Positions 16,306 to 28,800 of a stretch of DNA of 64,000 nt are shown piece by piece. The stretch is from the IMG/VR virus record IMGVR_UViG_3300012919_001127, positions 1 to 64,000 of that record; one strand, given 5' to 3'. Below the pieces are notes generated by a model that saw only the letters and a program-made list of their open reading frames with translations, had not been told where the DNA came from and made no database searches. The stretch's first letter is position 1, and each line of letters begins with the position of its first letter. Position numbers and translations under genes: made by a program. This stretch comes from an uncultured virus (IMG/VR IMGVR_UViG_3300012919_001127). Its lineage: Duplodnaviria > Heunggongvirae > Uroviricota > Caudoviricetes.

Positions 16306-19300
16306 ATGTCATCGACAAATAAACAAAATAGATTATTGTTAGCTGAAGACTGGAAGAAGGTCTATCAGTCATTCAGAAATGCGGAGTTTAAGTCCTACGA
16401 CTTTGATAATCTCCGTAGGACAATGATCAACTATTTGCGTCAAAATTATCCAGAAGATTTCAATGATTACATCGAATCAAGTGAGTACCTAGCATTAATT
16501 GATCTTATTGCTTTCCTCGGTCAAAACATTTCATACAGAATTGACTTGAATGCAAGGGAAAACTTTTTAGAGTTAGCTGAACGTAGAGAGTCAATACTGC
16601 GTTTAGCTAGACTTCTTTCTTATAATCCAAAAAGAAACCAAACAGCAAATGGATTATTAAAATTTGAATCTATTGCAACCACTGAAGATATTGTTGACAG
16701 CAACGGAACAAATTTAGCAAACCAAACAGTATTATGGAACGATCCTGCAAACACTAATTGGCGTGAACAATTTGAAAAAGTTTTAAATGCCGCTTTGCCT
16801 GTAAACAGCATTGTAGGTAAACCAATTAAGTCAGACACAGTTGAAGGTGTTCCAACTTTCCAATATAGATTTGACGCAAGTAACTCAGATGTTCCTGTTT
16901 ATACATTTAGTAAAAATGTTGATGGAAAAAATATGCAGTTTCAGGTTGTGTCAACAGATGTTAACGATGGTATCATTTATGAAGAAGCACCATTGCCAGG
17001 AAACAGTTTAGGATTTTTATACAGAGATGATGGAAGAGGACCAGGAAGTTCTAACTCAGGATATTTTGTACATTTCAGACAAGGAGTGTTAGATACTGGT
17101 ACTTTCCAAATTGATGCACCAAGCACAAATCAATCAGTTGGTTTAGAAGCAACTAACATCAACAACACAGACATTTGGCTTTACAAATTAAATTCAATTG
17201 GTACTGAAGATCAATTATGGACCAAGGTTGATTCAGTAGAAGGAAATAATATTGTTTATAATAGTTTGCGTAAAAGTGTAAGAAACATTTACGGAGTTTT
17301 AAGTAAAACACAAGATAAAGTTGATTTAATTTTTAGTGATGGAACTTTTGGAAACTTACCACAAGGCTCTTTTAGAACTTATTATAGAACATCGTTAAAT
17401 GATCAATATAATATTGTTCCTTCTGATCTTGTGTCAATTAGTGTAAACATTCCTTATACAAGCAAAGCAGGAAACAGTGAAACAATAAGTTTAACACTTG
17501 AACTAAAATACACAGTTGATAACGCAACAGTATCAGAAAGTAATGCAAGTATTAGAGAGAATGCACCAGCAACTTATTATACACAAAATAGAATGGTTAC
17601 TGGAGAAGACTATCAGGTAAGTCCGTTAAGCATAAGTCAAGAAATTATAAAAGTAAAAAGTGTAAACAGAACATCATCTGGCATTTCAAGATATTATGAT
17701 CTTTTAGATGCAACAGGAAAATATTCAAGCACAAACTTGTACGGTGCAGATGGAGTGCTATACAAAGATAGTTTCACAGAAAAGACCAGTTTTACTTTTG
17801 TAACTAAAACAGATATACAAGGAACCATTGCAAATACAGTTACACCATTGTTAAGTAAAAAATCAATGGTAAATTATTTCTTAACAAACTTTCCAAAAAC
17901 ATTAGTTGCTGACCTTGGTGCAAAATGGTCATCAACAAGCACAAAAACAAATATGTCAACAGGAAAATTTGTTGACTCTAATTCAACGCCTTTACAAGTA
18001 GGATCATTTACTGCAAGTGCTTTAAAATTTATTGAACCTGGCACATTAATTAAATTTACTGCTCCTACAGGTTATCATTTTATGGCAGATAATTCACACA
18101 AATTAATGATTGGTGCGGCAGATCATAAAAATGCAATAACTTACAAATGGATGAAAGTTGTTAGTGTAACCGGAGATGGCACAACTGATAATGCAGATGG
18201 GACAGGTCCTATAATTTTAAATGACATAATAGATTCTAATGCAATACTGTCTGAACTAAAACCTAAATTTAGTAAAACTTTACTTGCAGATGTGCAATCA
18301 CAGATGACTGATCAAATATTTGCTTACAAGACATTTGGATTAAGATATGACAGTTCATTAAGACAATGGAGAATGATCACTGAAAACAATTTAGATATTT
18401 CAAGTGCATTTAGTACAGGTAAAACAGGTGACGTCACTGACCAACAACTTGATGCAAGTTGGCTGTTATTATTTGAAACTGATGGAGAGAAGTATACAAT
18501 TACTACAAGAGGACAGAGATATATCTTTGAAAGTAATGAAGAAATAAGATTTTATTACGACAGCACACAAAAAATTTATGATAATAGAACAGGACAGATT
18601 ATAAAAGATAAAATTAAAATATTAAACATCAACACGCAACCTGATTCAACTTCACCATTCAATGTAGATTATCCATGGGAAATATCTTCGGAATATAGAG
18701 ATGGAGATGGATACATTGATAGTAAGAAAGTTGAAGTTACTTTCTTTGATTCAGATGATGATGGTGTTGTAGACGATCCAGAAACTTTTGTAACCTTAGT
18801 AAACGAAACAACAAACGCACTTTCAAAATATGTATTCTTAAAAAAATACACAACAAGTGACGGAATAGAAGATTACAAATACATGGACAATTCAACAGGT
18901 ACAGTAATTATTAAACAAAATGAAAGTTTTGTTGGTGCATTAAGTCAATACACTAATGGACAAGTGTTTTATCTAGTTACAGAAGGAGTGTTTAAAGTTT
19001 ATAATTCATCTTCAGCTTCAATCGATTTAACAACAGATTACAAAGCATACATTGGTAGAGATGGATTAAAGTTCCATTACATACATTCTGCAGATGATGA
19101 TAGTAGAATAGATCCAAGTTCAAGCAACATTGTGGACACATATCTGTTAACAAGAACTTATGACACAAACTTTAGACAATATTTAGATGGTAACATTGAA
19201 AATTTACCATTGCCACCAAGCAGTGATAATTTGTTTAACAATTATGGATCGTCAATTAGTAAAATTAAATCTATCAGTGATGATGTAATATATCATCCTG

Positions 19301-19878
19301 TGAAATACAAAATATTATTTGGAGCAAAAGCAGATGCTCGATTACAGGCAAGTATAAAAATTGTTAAAAACCCAGACCAAGTTGTTAATGACAATGATAT
19401 AAAAGCAAGAGTTGTTACTGCAATTAATCAATATTTTGCTTTAGAAAATTGGGATTTTGGTGATACTTTTCATTTCTCAGAGATGGCTACGTATGTAATG
19501 AACAAAACAGCGCCTGATCTTGTAAATCTTGTAATTGTTCCAAATCAAGAAAGTCAAGCATTTGGAAGTTTATATGAGATTAAATCAGAAGCAGACGAAA
19601 TCTTTATAAGTGCGGCAACAGTTGATGACATAGCAATTATTGATGCCATCACAGCAAGTAAACTTAAAGCGTCAGGCAATGTAGTTACAACAACTACAAG
19701 TGCCACAACAGGCGTAACAAGTGGTGCAACTTATACAACTGGATCAGTTTCAAGTTCATACAGCAATTCAAGTTCTACAAGTACTTCAAGTTCAAGTTCA
19801 AGTTCTAGTTCATCTAGTTCAAGTTCTTCAAGCTCTTCTAGTTCTTCAGGTGGCGGATCCTCTGGGAGTGGATACTAA
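16306..19878 (+). CDS. gp6: Baseplate wedge protein gp6-like with poly-Ser C-terminus
   Basis: SYDFDNLR, DFNDYIESSE, ARENFLELA.RRES, FSDG.FG..P, QNRMVTGEDY. Confidence 0.85.
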   Translation: MSSTNKQNRLLLAEDWKKVYQSFRNAEFKSYDFDNLRRTMINYLRQNYPEDFNDYIESSEYLALIDLIAFLGQNISYRIDLNARENFLELAERRESILRLARLLSYNPKRNQTANGLLKFESIATTEDIVDSNGTNLANQTVLWNDPANTNWREQFEKVLNAALPVNSIVGKPIKSDTVEGVPTFQYRFDASNSDVPVYTFSKNVDGKNMQFQVVSTDVNDGIIYEEAPLPGNSLGFLYRDDGRGPGSSNSGYFVHFRQGVLDTGTFQIDAPSTNQSVGLEATNINNTDIWLYKLNSIGTEDQLWTKVDSVEGNNIVYNSLRKSVRNIYGVLSKTQDKVDLIFSDGTFGNLPQGSFRTYYRTSLNDQYNIVPSDLVSISVNIPYTSKAGNSETISLTLELKYTVDNATVSESNASIRENAPATYYTQNRMVTGEDYQVSPLSISQEIIKVKSVNRTSSGISRYYDLLDATGKYSSTNLYGADGVLYKDSFTEKTSFTFVTKTDIQGTIANTVTPLLSKKSMVNYFLTNFPKTLVADLGAKWSSTSTKTNMSTGKFVDSNSTPLQVGSFTASALKFIEPGTLIKFTAPTGYHFMADNSHKLMIGAADHKNAITYKWMKVVSVTGDGTTDNADGTGPIILNDIIDSNAILSELKPKFSKTLLADVQSQMTDQIFAYKTFGLRYDSSLRQWRMITENNLDISSAFSTGKTGDVTDQQLDASWLLLFETDGEKYTITTRGQRYIFESNEEIRFYYDSTQKIYDNRTGQIIKDKIKILNINTQPDSTSPFNVDYPWEISSEYRDGDGYIDSKKVEVTFFDSDDDGVVDDPETFVTLVNETTNALSKYVFLKKYTTSDGIEDYKYMDNSTGTVIIKQNESFVGALSQYTNGQVFYLVTEGVFKVYNSSSASIDLTTDYKAYIGRDGLKFHYIHSADDDSRIDPSSSNIVDTYLLTRTYDTNFRQYLDGNIENLPLPPSSDNLFNNYGSSISKIKSISDDVIYHPVKYKILFGAKADARLQASIKIVKNPDQVVNDNDIKARVVTAINQYFALENWDFGDTFHFSEMATYVMNKTAPDLVNLVIVPNQESQAFGSLYEIKSEADEIFISAATVDDIAIIDAITASKLKASGNVVTTTTSATTGVTSGATYTTGSVSSSYSNSSSTSTSSSSSSSSSSSSSSSSSSSSSGGGSSGSGY
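19786..19848 (+). repeat. Poly-serine tract (21 consecutive Ser) in gp6
   Basis: Mixed TCA/AGT/TCT/AGC codons. Confidence 0.9.
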
Positions 19879-22800
19879 TGGCCTATAATGCAAACCAAGA
19901 AGAATATCCATTACCGGCAGGAGATCAAAGTAAAGCCCAGCACCGCAGAACAAGTGCGGAACATCTTCCTAAATATTTTAGAACTGCACACAATAAAAAG
20001 TTTTTAAGTGCTACACTTGATCAATTACTAAATCCAGGTGTTGCTGAAAAAATTAGTGCATACTATGGCAGAAGAATAGCAACTGCTCGTAAGGCGGCAG
20101 ACACTTATGTATCTGATGTTAGCACTGAAAGAGAAGAATATCAGTTTGAACCAGCAACTGTAATCAAAGATAATTTAAACAATGTAACTTTTTACAAAGA
20201 TTACAATGATCTTAAAAATCAAATCAAAGCATTCAACGGAACAGTAGACGATGACAGTAAAGCATTTAGACAAGAATACTATGCTTGGAATCCGCACATT
20301 GATTGGGATAAATTTACAAACTTTAGAGATTACTATTGGCTACCAAACGGACCATTGTCAATACCTGTAACAGGACAAGCTAAAGGAATTACAAGTACCT
20401 ACACAGTAACCAGCATTGACAACTTGGATAACAAGGCATACGTTTTTACTCCAGACGGAAAAACAAACAATCCTACATTAAAACTTTATAGAGGTCAAAC
20501 ATATAAGTTTGAAGTTAATACTCCTGGAATGCCTTTAAGTTTCAGAACTGCAAGAACTTTAGACAATGACTATCTATACAGCTCAGGCATAAGTGATAGC
20601 ACACATTCTACTGATGTTGGCACAATAGAATTTACAGTAGACTTACTTGCACCAGACACTTTATATTATGTAAACAGTAATGATATAAATGCAAGTGGGC
20701 TTATTCAAGTATATGATGTTTTAGAAAACTCTGCTATAGATGTTGAAGCAGAAATACTGGGCAAGAAAACTTACAAGATGACCAATGGCTATGAAATGTC
20801 AAATGGTATGAAAGTTAATTTTGAAGGCACAGTAACACCTGCCAAATATGCTACAGGCAGTTGGTATGTAGAAGGTGTAGGAGATGAAATAAAACTTATT
20901 GCTGAACAAGATGTAATGATACCTGGTACATATTCAACAAGCAGAGCCAATCCTTTTGACTCTGAAGGATTTGACAGAAGTCCTTTTAGTACTGCCAGTG
21001 CTTATGCAGATGCACATGATTACATTGTACAAAATAGATCAGCGACAAGTAGAAGTCCATGGTCAAGATATAATAAATGGTTTCATAAAAGTGTGCTTGA
21101 AAATATTGCAACAATACTTGACGAACCAGCAGACATAAATCAAACAGGTAGAGCGGCAAGGCCTATTATAGAATTTGATGCTCAATTAAAATTGTATGGC
21201 TTTGGTACACAGGCAAAAGATGATGTTGATCTATTAGACACATTTACAGCCGACGTGTTTAGTACAATAGAAGGTGCAATAGGTTACAATATTGATGGAG
21301 TAGACGTAGGTGACAATATGAGAATATTGTTCACAGCTGATCCAGACACAAGAGTAGCAGGTAAAATTTTTAAAGTAAAATTTATTACACATAACAACGT
21401 TAGACAGATAAGCCTTATTGAAGAAACAGATTCATCTCCATTAGAAAATGAGTGTGTGCTTGTACAACAAGGAGAAACTTACAAGGGCAAGATGTGGTAT
21501 TACAATGGTACCAAATGGTTAGCTGGACAAGAAAAAACATCAGTAAACCAAAGTCCAACCTTTGACCTGTACGATGTTAATGGAAATGATTTTAAAGATG
21601 CAACAACTTACCCAAGTTCTACTTTTACAGGAACAAAACTTTTCAGTTACAAACGTGGAACAGGAGCCAATGATAGTGTTTTAGGTTTTCCTTTAACATA
21701 CAGAGCATTAGTAAACACAGGAGATATTGTATTTGATTTCAATCTACTTACTGATACTTTTACATATCAACAGATGAACGCAACGTTTTCTGGAAAAACA
21801 GATGTAGGTTTATTAAGAAGATATACAGATAGAACAACATTTACATACGCATCTGGTTGGACAAAAGGATATGAAGAAAGCAAACAGTTGGTGCGTAGAC
21901 AATATATTGTAAACACACAGCTAAATGACTTTGCTATTGATGTTTATAACAGAAGTGGTGACATTAACGATTTATGGGCAAGAGTTTATGTAAACAATAA
22001 AGCAAAATCAAGCGGAGTTGATTACACAATAAACAGATTAAATGGAATTGCTTATATAAGATTTGTAAATGATTTAGCTGTTGATGATATATTAGTTATT
22101 AAAACAAAAAGTGCAACAGTTAAAAATTCAAATGGTGTTTATGAAATTGCAGGAAACTTAGAACGTAATCCTTTAAATGATAACATTGGAAGTTTTACTT
22201 TAGGAGAAGTAAATGATCATGTGTCTAGTATTGTTGAAATGCGTGATGACTTTTCTGGCGTGTTTCCAGGCACTGGAAATTTAAGAGACCTTGGAAACTT
22301 ATCTGCATATGGAACAAGATTTATTCAATCAAGTGGACCTTTTAATTTAGCAAATTATCATGTAACAAGCAAAGATGCAAACATTGTTCATTCATTAAGA
22401 TTTGCAAGAAAAGAATATGGCAAATTTAGAAAGTTATTTTTACAAACAGCAACTGGTTTAGGATTTGATGGAGCAACAAAAATACACTTTGACAAAGTGA
22501 TGGAAGAATTGAACAAAAGTAAAACCAACGATATGCCGTTTTACTTTAGTGACATGATTGGTTATGGAACGTTTAAGAAATCTACACACGTTGTTGAAAA
22601 TACATCTACTCAGTATTATGCTTTGGCAACAAATTTTGATCTTACAGCTTTATCAAATAGAGCTGTCAGCATTTACATCAACGGAGTTCAGTTGATACAT
22701 GGCACTGATTACAAATTTGAATCCGCCTATGCAGGTTTTGTAACAATTACAAAAACAAAAGCTATAAATGATGTAATTGAAATATTTGAATATGAAAATA

Positions 22801-25800
22801 CTGACGGAAGTTACATTCCGCCAACTCCTACAAAGCTAGGTTTGTATCCTAAATTTAAGCCAGAAATTTTTGTAGACAACACTTACCAAACTCCTACAAA
22901 AGTTATTCAAGGACATGATGGAAGTATATTTGTTGCTTACAATGATTTTAGAGACGACTTACTACTTGAATTAGAAAAAAGAATTTACAATAATATAAAG
23001 GTAGAATATGATGTTGACATTGTAAACATACATGACTTCATTGGCGGAGAATCAAGAGATACAGGATTCAGTAGAGCGGCGAGAGACAAAGCATTACTAC
23101 CTGACTTTGTTGAATGGAACAGAGCAGTAGGTGATCCAGATTACACAGACTTTTCTTTCTGGTCAAGAACTAATAGTTTTACATACAATTATAAAAATAC
23201 TAGTTCACCAACGCAAAAAACAAATCCAGGTTATTGGAGAGCAGTTTACAAAGAAGCATATGATACGGATCGTCCGCATACGCATCCATGGGAAATATTA
23301 GGATATAGCGAAGAGCCAACTTGGTGGCAAACTGTTTATGGTGCGGCTCCTTATACAAGTGAAAATAAAATACTTTGGCAAGACATTGAAAAAGGTGCTT
23401 ACAGAATACCTAATGTGCCAATGGTTTACAACGAAAAATATGCACGACCAAACATAACAAAGCATATACCAGTTGATGATGGCGGTAACCTATTAAGTCC
23501 ATTAGACAGTAACTATGCAAAAAATTATATTAGCAATAGAACGCAAGAACCTTTTGTGTTTGGTGATCAAGCACCAACTGAAAATGCTTGGCGTAGAAGT
23601 TCTGAATATCCTTTTAGTTTAGTAACTGCATGGATATTAAACCAACCTACTAAAATTATTGGTTTAGGATTAGACAGATCAAGACTTAAAAGGAATCTTG
23701 CTAAAGAAATAATTTATACAGAAACTAGTAAAAGATTAAGATTAAAAGATATTGTGTTTCCTAACACAGTATCTGATACTGAACGTGTACAAACAGCAGG
23801 TTTGATAAACTATGTCGCAGAGTATATGAATAGCAAAACTGTAAAATACTATAACAACTATCAAACTGATTTGAAGAGTATCACTAATCAATTAGGATTA
23901 AAGATAGGCGGATTTACTGATAAAGCTAAATTCAAACTCATACTTGATAGCAGAACTCCATACAATGAAGGCAATGTTTTTGTACCAGATGAAAACTATC
24001 AAATATTTTTAAACAAGAGTAGTGTAGTTGACCTTGTGCCTTACAGTGGTGTTATAATTGAGAAAGTAGCAAGTGGCTTTATTATTAAAGGTTATGATTA
24101 TGACAATCCTTACTTTAAATATATCACACCAATTGAACTTGCAGATGATCCGTTGGTAAGTGTTGGCGGAGTTAGCGAAGACTTTGTTAGCTGGACATCA
24201 GGACAAGTTTATTCACCAGGATTTATTGTAAAATTTGCAGACGAGTTTTACATGACAGAAACTTTGCATACTGCTGGTGATAGTTTTGAACAAGCAAACT
24301 TTGTAAGATTATCAGAACTTCCTGTAAAAGGAGGCAGACAAGCATTTTTCAGACGTCAATGGAACGAAGGAATAAATCAACAACCAACTGAACTAGCTTA
24401 TGGTACACAAATTAGAACTATACAGGGAGTTGTCGACTTCTTATTAGGATATGAAAGATATTTAAAATCACAAGGTTTTATATTTGAAAATTACAATAAA
24501 GAAATAAACGAAGTTGAAGATTGGTCTTTAAGTGCAAAAGAATTTATGTTTTGGACTACACAAAATTGGCAAGCCAATAGTGTAATTACATTAAGCCCGG
24601 GAGCAATTAATTTACAATTTTATAGAAAGTATCATGTTGCAGATAATTTGTTTGATAATTTTTATGGATACAACTTATTCAAAGCAGACGGTAAAAAATT
24701 ATTACAAGCAAACGTAAATGTTTATAGAGATAATGATAACAATTTAGGTATATCAACTAAGAATACAACAGATGGAGTCTTTGCTGTTAAAGTTCCTTTG
24801 GTACAAATTGAACACGTTTGTTTACTTGACAACAGAACTGTGTTCAGTGATTTCATCTATGATTTAGAACCTGGTTATAGACAAGAACGTATTAAGGTAC
24901 TGGGTTATAGAACAGATGACTGGACAGGTGGTTTAAATATTCCAGGATTTGTATATGATGACGTAAACATTTCAGAATGGGATTCATGGAAAGATTATGC
25001 TATAGGCGATACAGTAAAATATAAAGAGTTTTATTACGTTGCAAAACAAAAGATTCCAGGCAAAGAAGTTTTTGTTGATACTGATTGGCAAAGACTCAAC
25101 GGAGCACCACAGTCTGGGTTACAAGCAAACTTAGATTACAAAGCAAAACAATTTGCAGACTTTTACGATCTTGACACGGATAATTTTGATACAGACCAAC
25201 AAAGGGTAGCACAGCATCTTATTGGATATCAAAAAAGAAAATATTTAGAAAACATTATCAATGATGATGTGAGTCAATACAAATTTTATCAAGGCTTTAT
25301 ACAAGATAAAGGAACACTCAATAGTTTAACTAAATTGTTTGATGCTTTATCTAACACAGATAATGATAGTGTTAATTTTTATGAAGAATGGGCAGTAAGA
25401 TTAGGACAGTTAGGTTCATCGCAATCTTTTGAAGAAGTTGAGTATAAGCTAGATGAAAGTAAATTTAGATTAAGTCCACAGCCGGTCGAATTAGTACAAA
25501 CAGTTACAGGTGACGAAACTGATTTAATTTATAGACAAAGACCATTTGAAACTTATTTAAAACCAGATGGTTACGATCATAGTCCTTTTCCAACAAAGTA
25601 TAAAGATGACGATTACATAGAGACTGCTGGTTATGTCAATAGTGCAGATGTCAAACAAACAGTTGCAAAATATGACGATATTCTAAATTTAACTCTTACA
25701 ACTTTAAATGTAGGAGATTACATTTGGACAGGAACAAGTAAAACAGATGACTGGGACGTTCTGAAATACGTAAGAACAAATGACAAGGTTGTAAAAGTTA

Positions 25801-28800
25801 CTAAAAATGGAACTACAAATGAAGTTGAAATACAACTTAACAACCAAGCAAATTATGTCAAAGATGATATCATTGGTATTGTTGATGTTGCAGATACTGA
25901 AAAGTTTTTCAAAGTATTAAGATCTGAATTAGATACTGTATTCTGTACAGACAATGGTGAAACTTCAGATGTAGAAACTGCAAACGGCTTTGTAACAACA
26001 TTTACATCTGCAAGAGTTGCCAACCTAGAAGAAGCAAACACAAGATTGTTTGCTGGTGAATTCCAAGTTGGTGAATTACTTTGGGTAGACAATGATAGCA
26101 CCAACCGTTGGATTGTTTTAAAGAATACACCGCAACACAGCGAGTTACAAGTTATTAGTAACGTTGAAACTGGAGACTCAAGTACAAACTTTGGAAAAGT
26201 AATTGGTGCTGATGATAGAAACACAACTCTTGTAGTTGGTGCAAGTGAATCAAACAAGGTTTACATATTCCAAAGAACAAACGATAACACAACTTATAAT
26301 CATGCACAGACGCTTGATGCTCCTGCGAATTTATACACAGGTGATGGTAAGTTTGGTACAGGGTTAGATATAAGTTCAGATGCTAAATGGATTGTAATTG
26401 GAGCACCAAATGCCAGCAACGCAAAAACAAAATTCAAAGGCACATTTGCAAGTAACGTAAGCTACACAGAAAAAGATATTATACAATATCAAGAAAACTT
26501 TTGGGAGGCACAATTTCCTATTTCTGCGGCACAGGGAACACTTACTTTTAATAGCTTCTATGATCCTACACAGTTAGCAAAAACAACATGGACAGGCACA
26601 GCTTATCCAGAGATAGTTTATGCAATAAGAGGAAATTATAATTTTAATTTGCCAACGGATCATATTTTAGTGAGAGCACCTACTGTACAATACGAAGGAT
26701 CAGCAGTAGGAGATACATTAGTATTCAATTGGAAACAATATTCTCAAAACTATCCAAATGGCATTTTACCTTTTGGATCATCAGGACCTGCAATCAGTGA
26801 ACTTGAAGGAAACAAAATTATACAAGCAAAAGTTGATGCTGTATTATATTTTGATAATCTTTTAAGAACGCCACAGGTAGGAGATCTAATTAGCACAGGA
26901 TCAGCGATAGGAACTGTAAATGCAATCAGTGTACAGAACGTAAACCAAGCAGTGATTTACATCAGTAACATGAACGGACAGTTTTTAGCAAGTGATTCAG
27001 CAACACTTGGTGGCGTAGCAATGGGTACATACACATTGGTAGAACCTGTAAATTCACAAGCGTCATTTGGTGGTTGGTGGAAAATAGATGTTGCAACTTC
27101 TTTCAACACAACAGTTAAAACAATTACTACACCACAGTTTGTAATACAGGATATCATCACCCAAAATGAAAGCAAGTCTGCAGAAATTTATTACAACACA
27201 ATGGATGATGTATATGCTTTAAACCAAGTTACTGATCCAACCAAAGGCGGAAGGTTAGGACATTTAAGTTTCTACAATAAACAAGGACAGTCAGACATGA
27301 GTCCATTCTGGTTCTTTAGAGGACCTAAGGCTTGGACGGATACTTTAAATGTAGCCAATACGTTTACAATGAGAGTAAATGAAATAAGAGGCGGAGCAGG
27401 ATTTACTTTATATGATCCAGGTGTGCTTGGATTATCTTTCACTTATCTCAATGACACTTTACATACTGTTTATGATTTATGGGACGGATTTGTTGATGTA
27501 ACATTTACAAATTTTGACAACAATGGTAATCCTTTTATTCCACAGGTGGGTGATATAATTGTTGACCAACAGTCAGGAGCAACTGCCACAGTGGCTTATC
27601 TACAGGAACAGTTATTAGATTGTAGATTGTATGTCAAAAATAGAAGTGGATCATTTAAGTTTGGTAATTTACACAGTGATACAAGCACCATTGCAATCAA
27701 AGATGGCGTAAGTGCAGGAGTTGATAGACTTTCAGGTAGACTTGACAATGCAAATATGTCTGGAAGTATTGCAGGTAAACTTGTTGTTGTTAAAAACACA
27801 GATAGTACAATGTTGCCTGTTACTGTACCAACATTTAGAGATGAATTAGAAATTTATGTTTACAACAATAGAACAGTAAATGGTGTTGCAAGAACGCCTA
27901 ACACTCCTAATCCTTTAAACAAAGACTGGGCTCAAGTGTCTGCTTTAAAATTAGATACGACTGGAACTCCTAGTAGCTTTACAAATGAAGGAGCATATTT
28001 TGTTTACGAAAGAATGGGAACAGGACTTTACAGTTTCCAACATGGTTACACAAATCCTCAAAGAGAGTCAAGCAGATTCTTAGGAACTATTGTCAAGTTA
28101 ACAAAATCTACACAAAGCGAATTGTATAGATTATTTGTTTCTGCTCCAGGTAACAATACAACAAGTAACAGTGGTAGAATACATCTAGTCACACATGGTA
28201 GAGATACTGACGGTACAACTTATGAATGGGCTAGAAGTAAAAACTATTACTTCAAGGGTGAATTCAGTGATTCTATTCCTTACTACACAAACGATATTGT
28301 GTTGTATAATGGAGCATTTTATGAAGCAAAAACAAACTTAACCGCAGGTGCTTGGGACGTAACATACTGGACATTAATTGATGCGTTCATTGACTACATA
28401 GGCTATCTACCAAATGATACTAATCTAGCAGTTACTGATGATAGCACGTTTGAAAAAACAAACTTAACAAATTATGCACACCCATTTGCAGTTGCAAAAT
28501 TTGGTGACGTGATTGCAACTGTGGCTGACTTTGACAACAGCGATCCTAAAATTATAATTTATAGATTTATTAGAGGACATTATGGATTCTCACAAATGAT
28601 ACCAGCACCAGTCAATGGCATAGGGTTTGGATCAAGTATTGCTGTAAGCGATGACGGTTCAATGGTTGCCGTTGGTGCACCTTTGGCAGATGATAGAGCA
28701 AATGACAATGGTAAGGTATTTGTATACACAAACAATCTTGGAACGTTTAGTTTAACACAAACATTGTATAGTCCAGAAAAAGATGTTGCTGAAAGATTTG

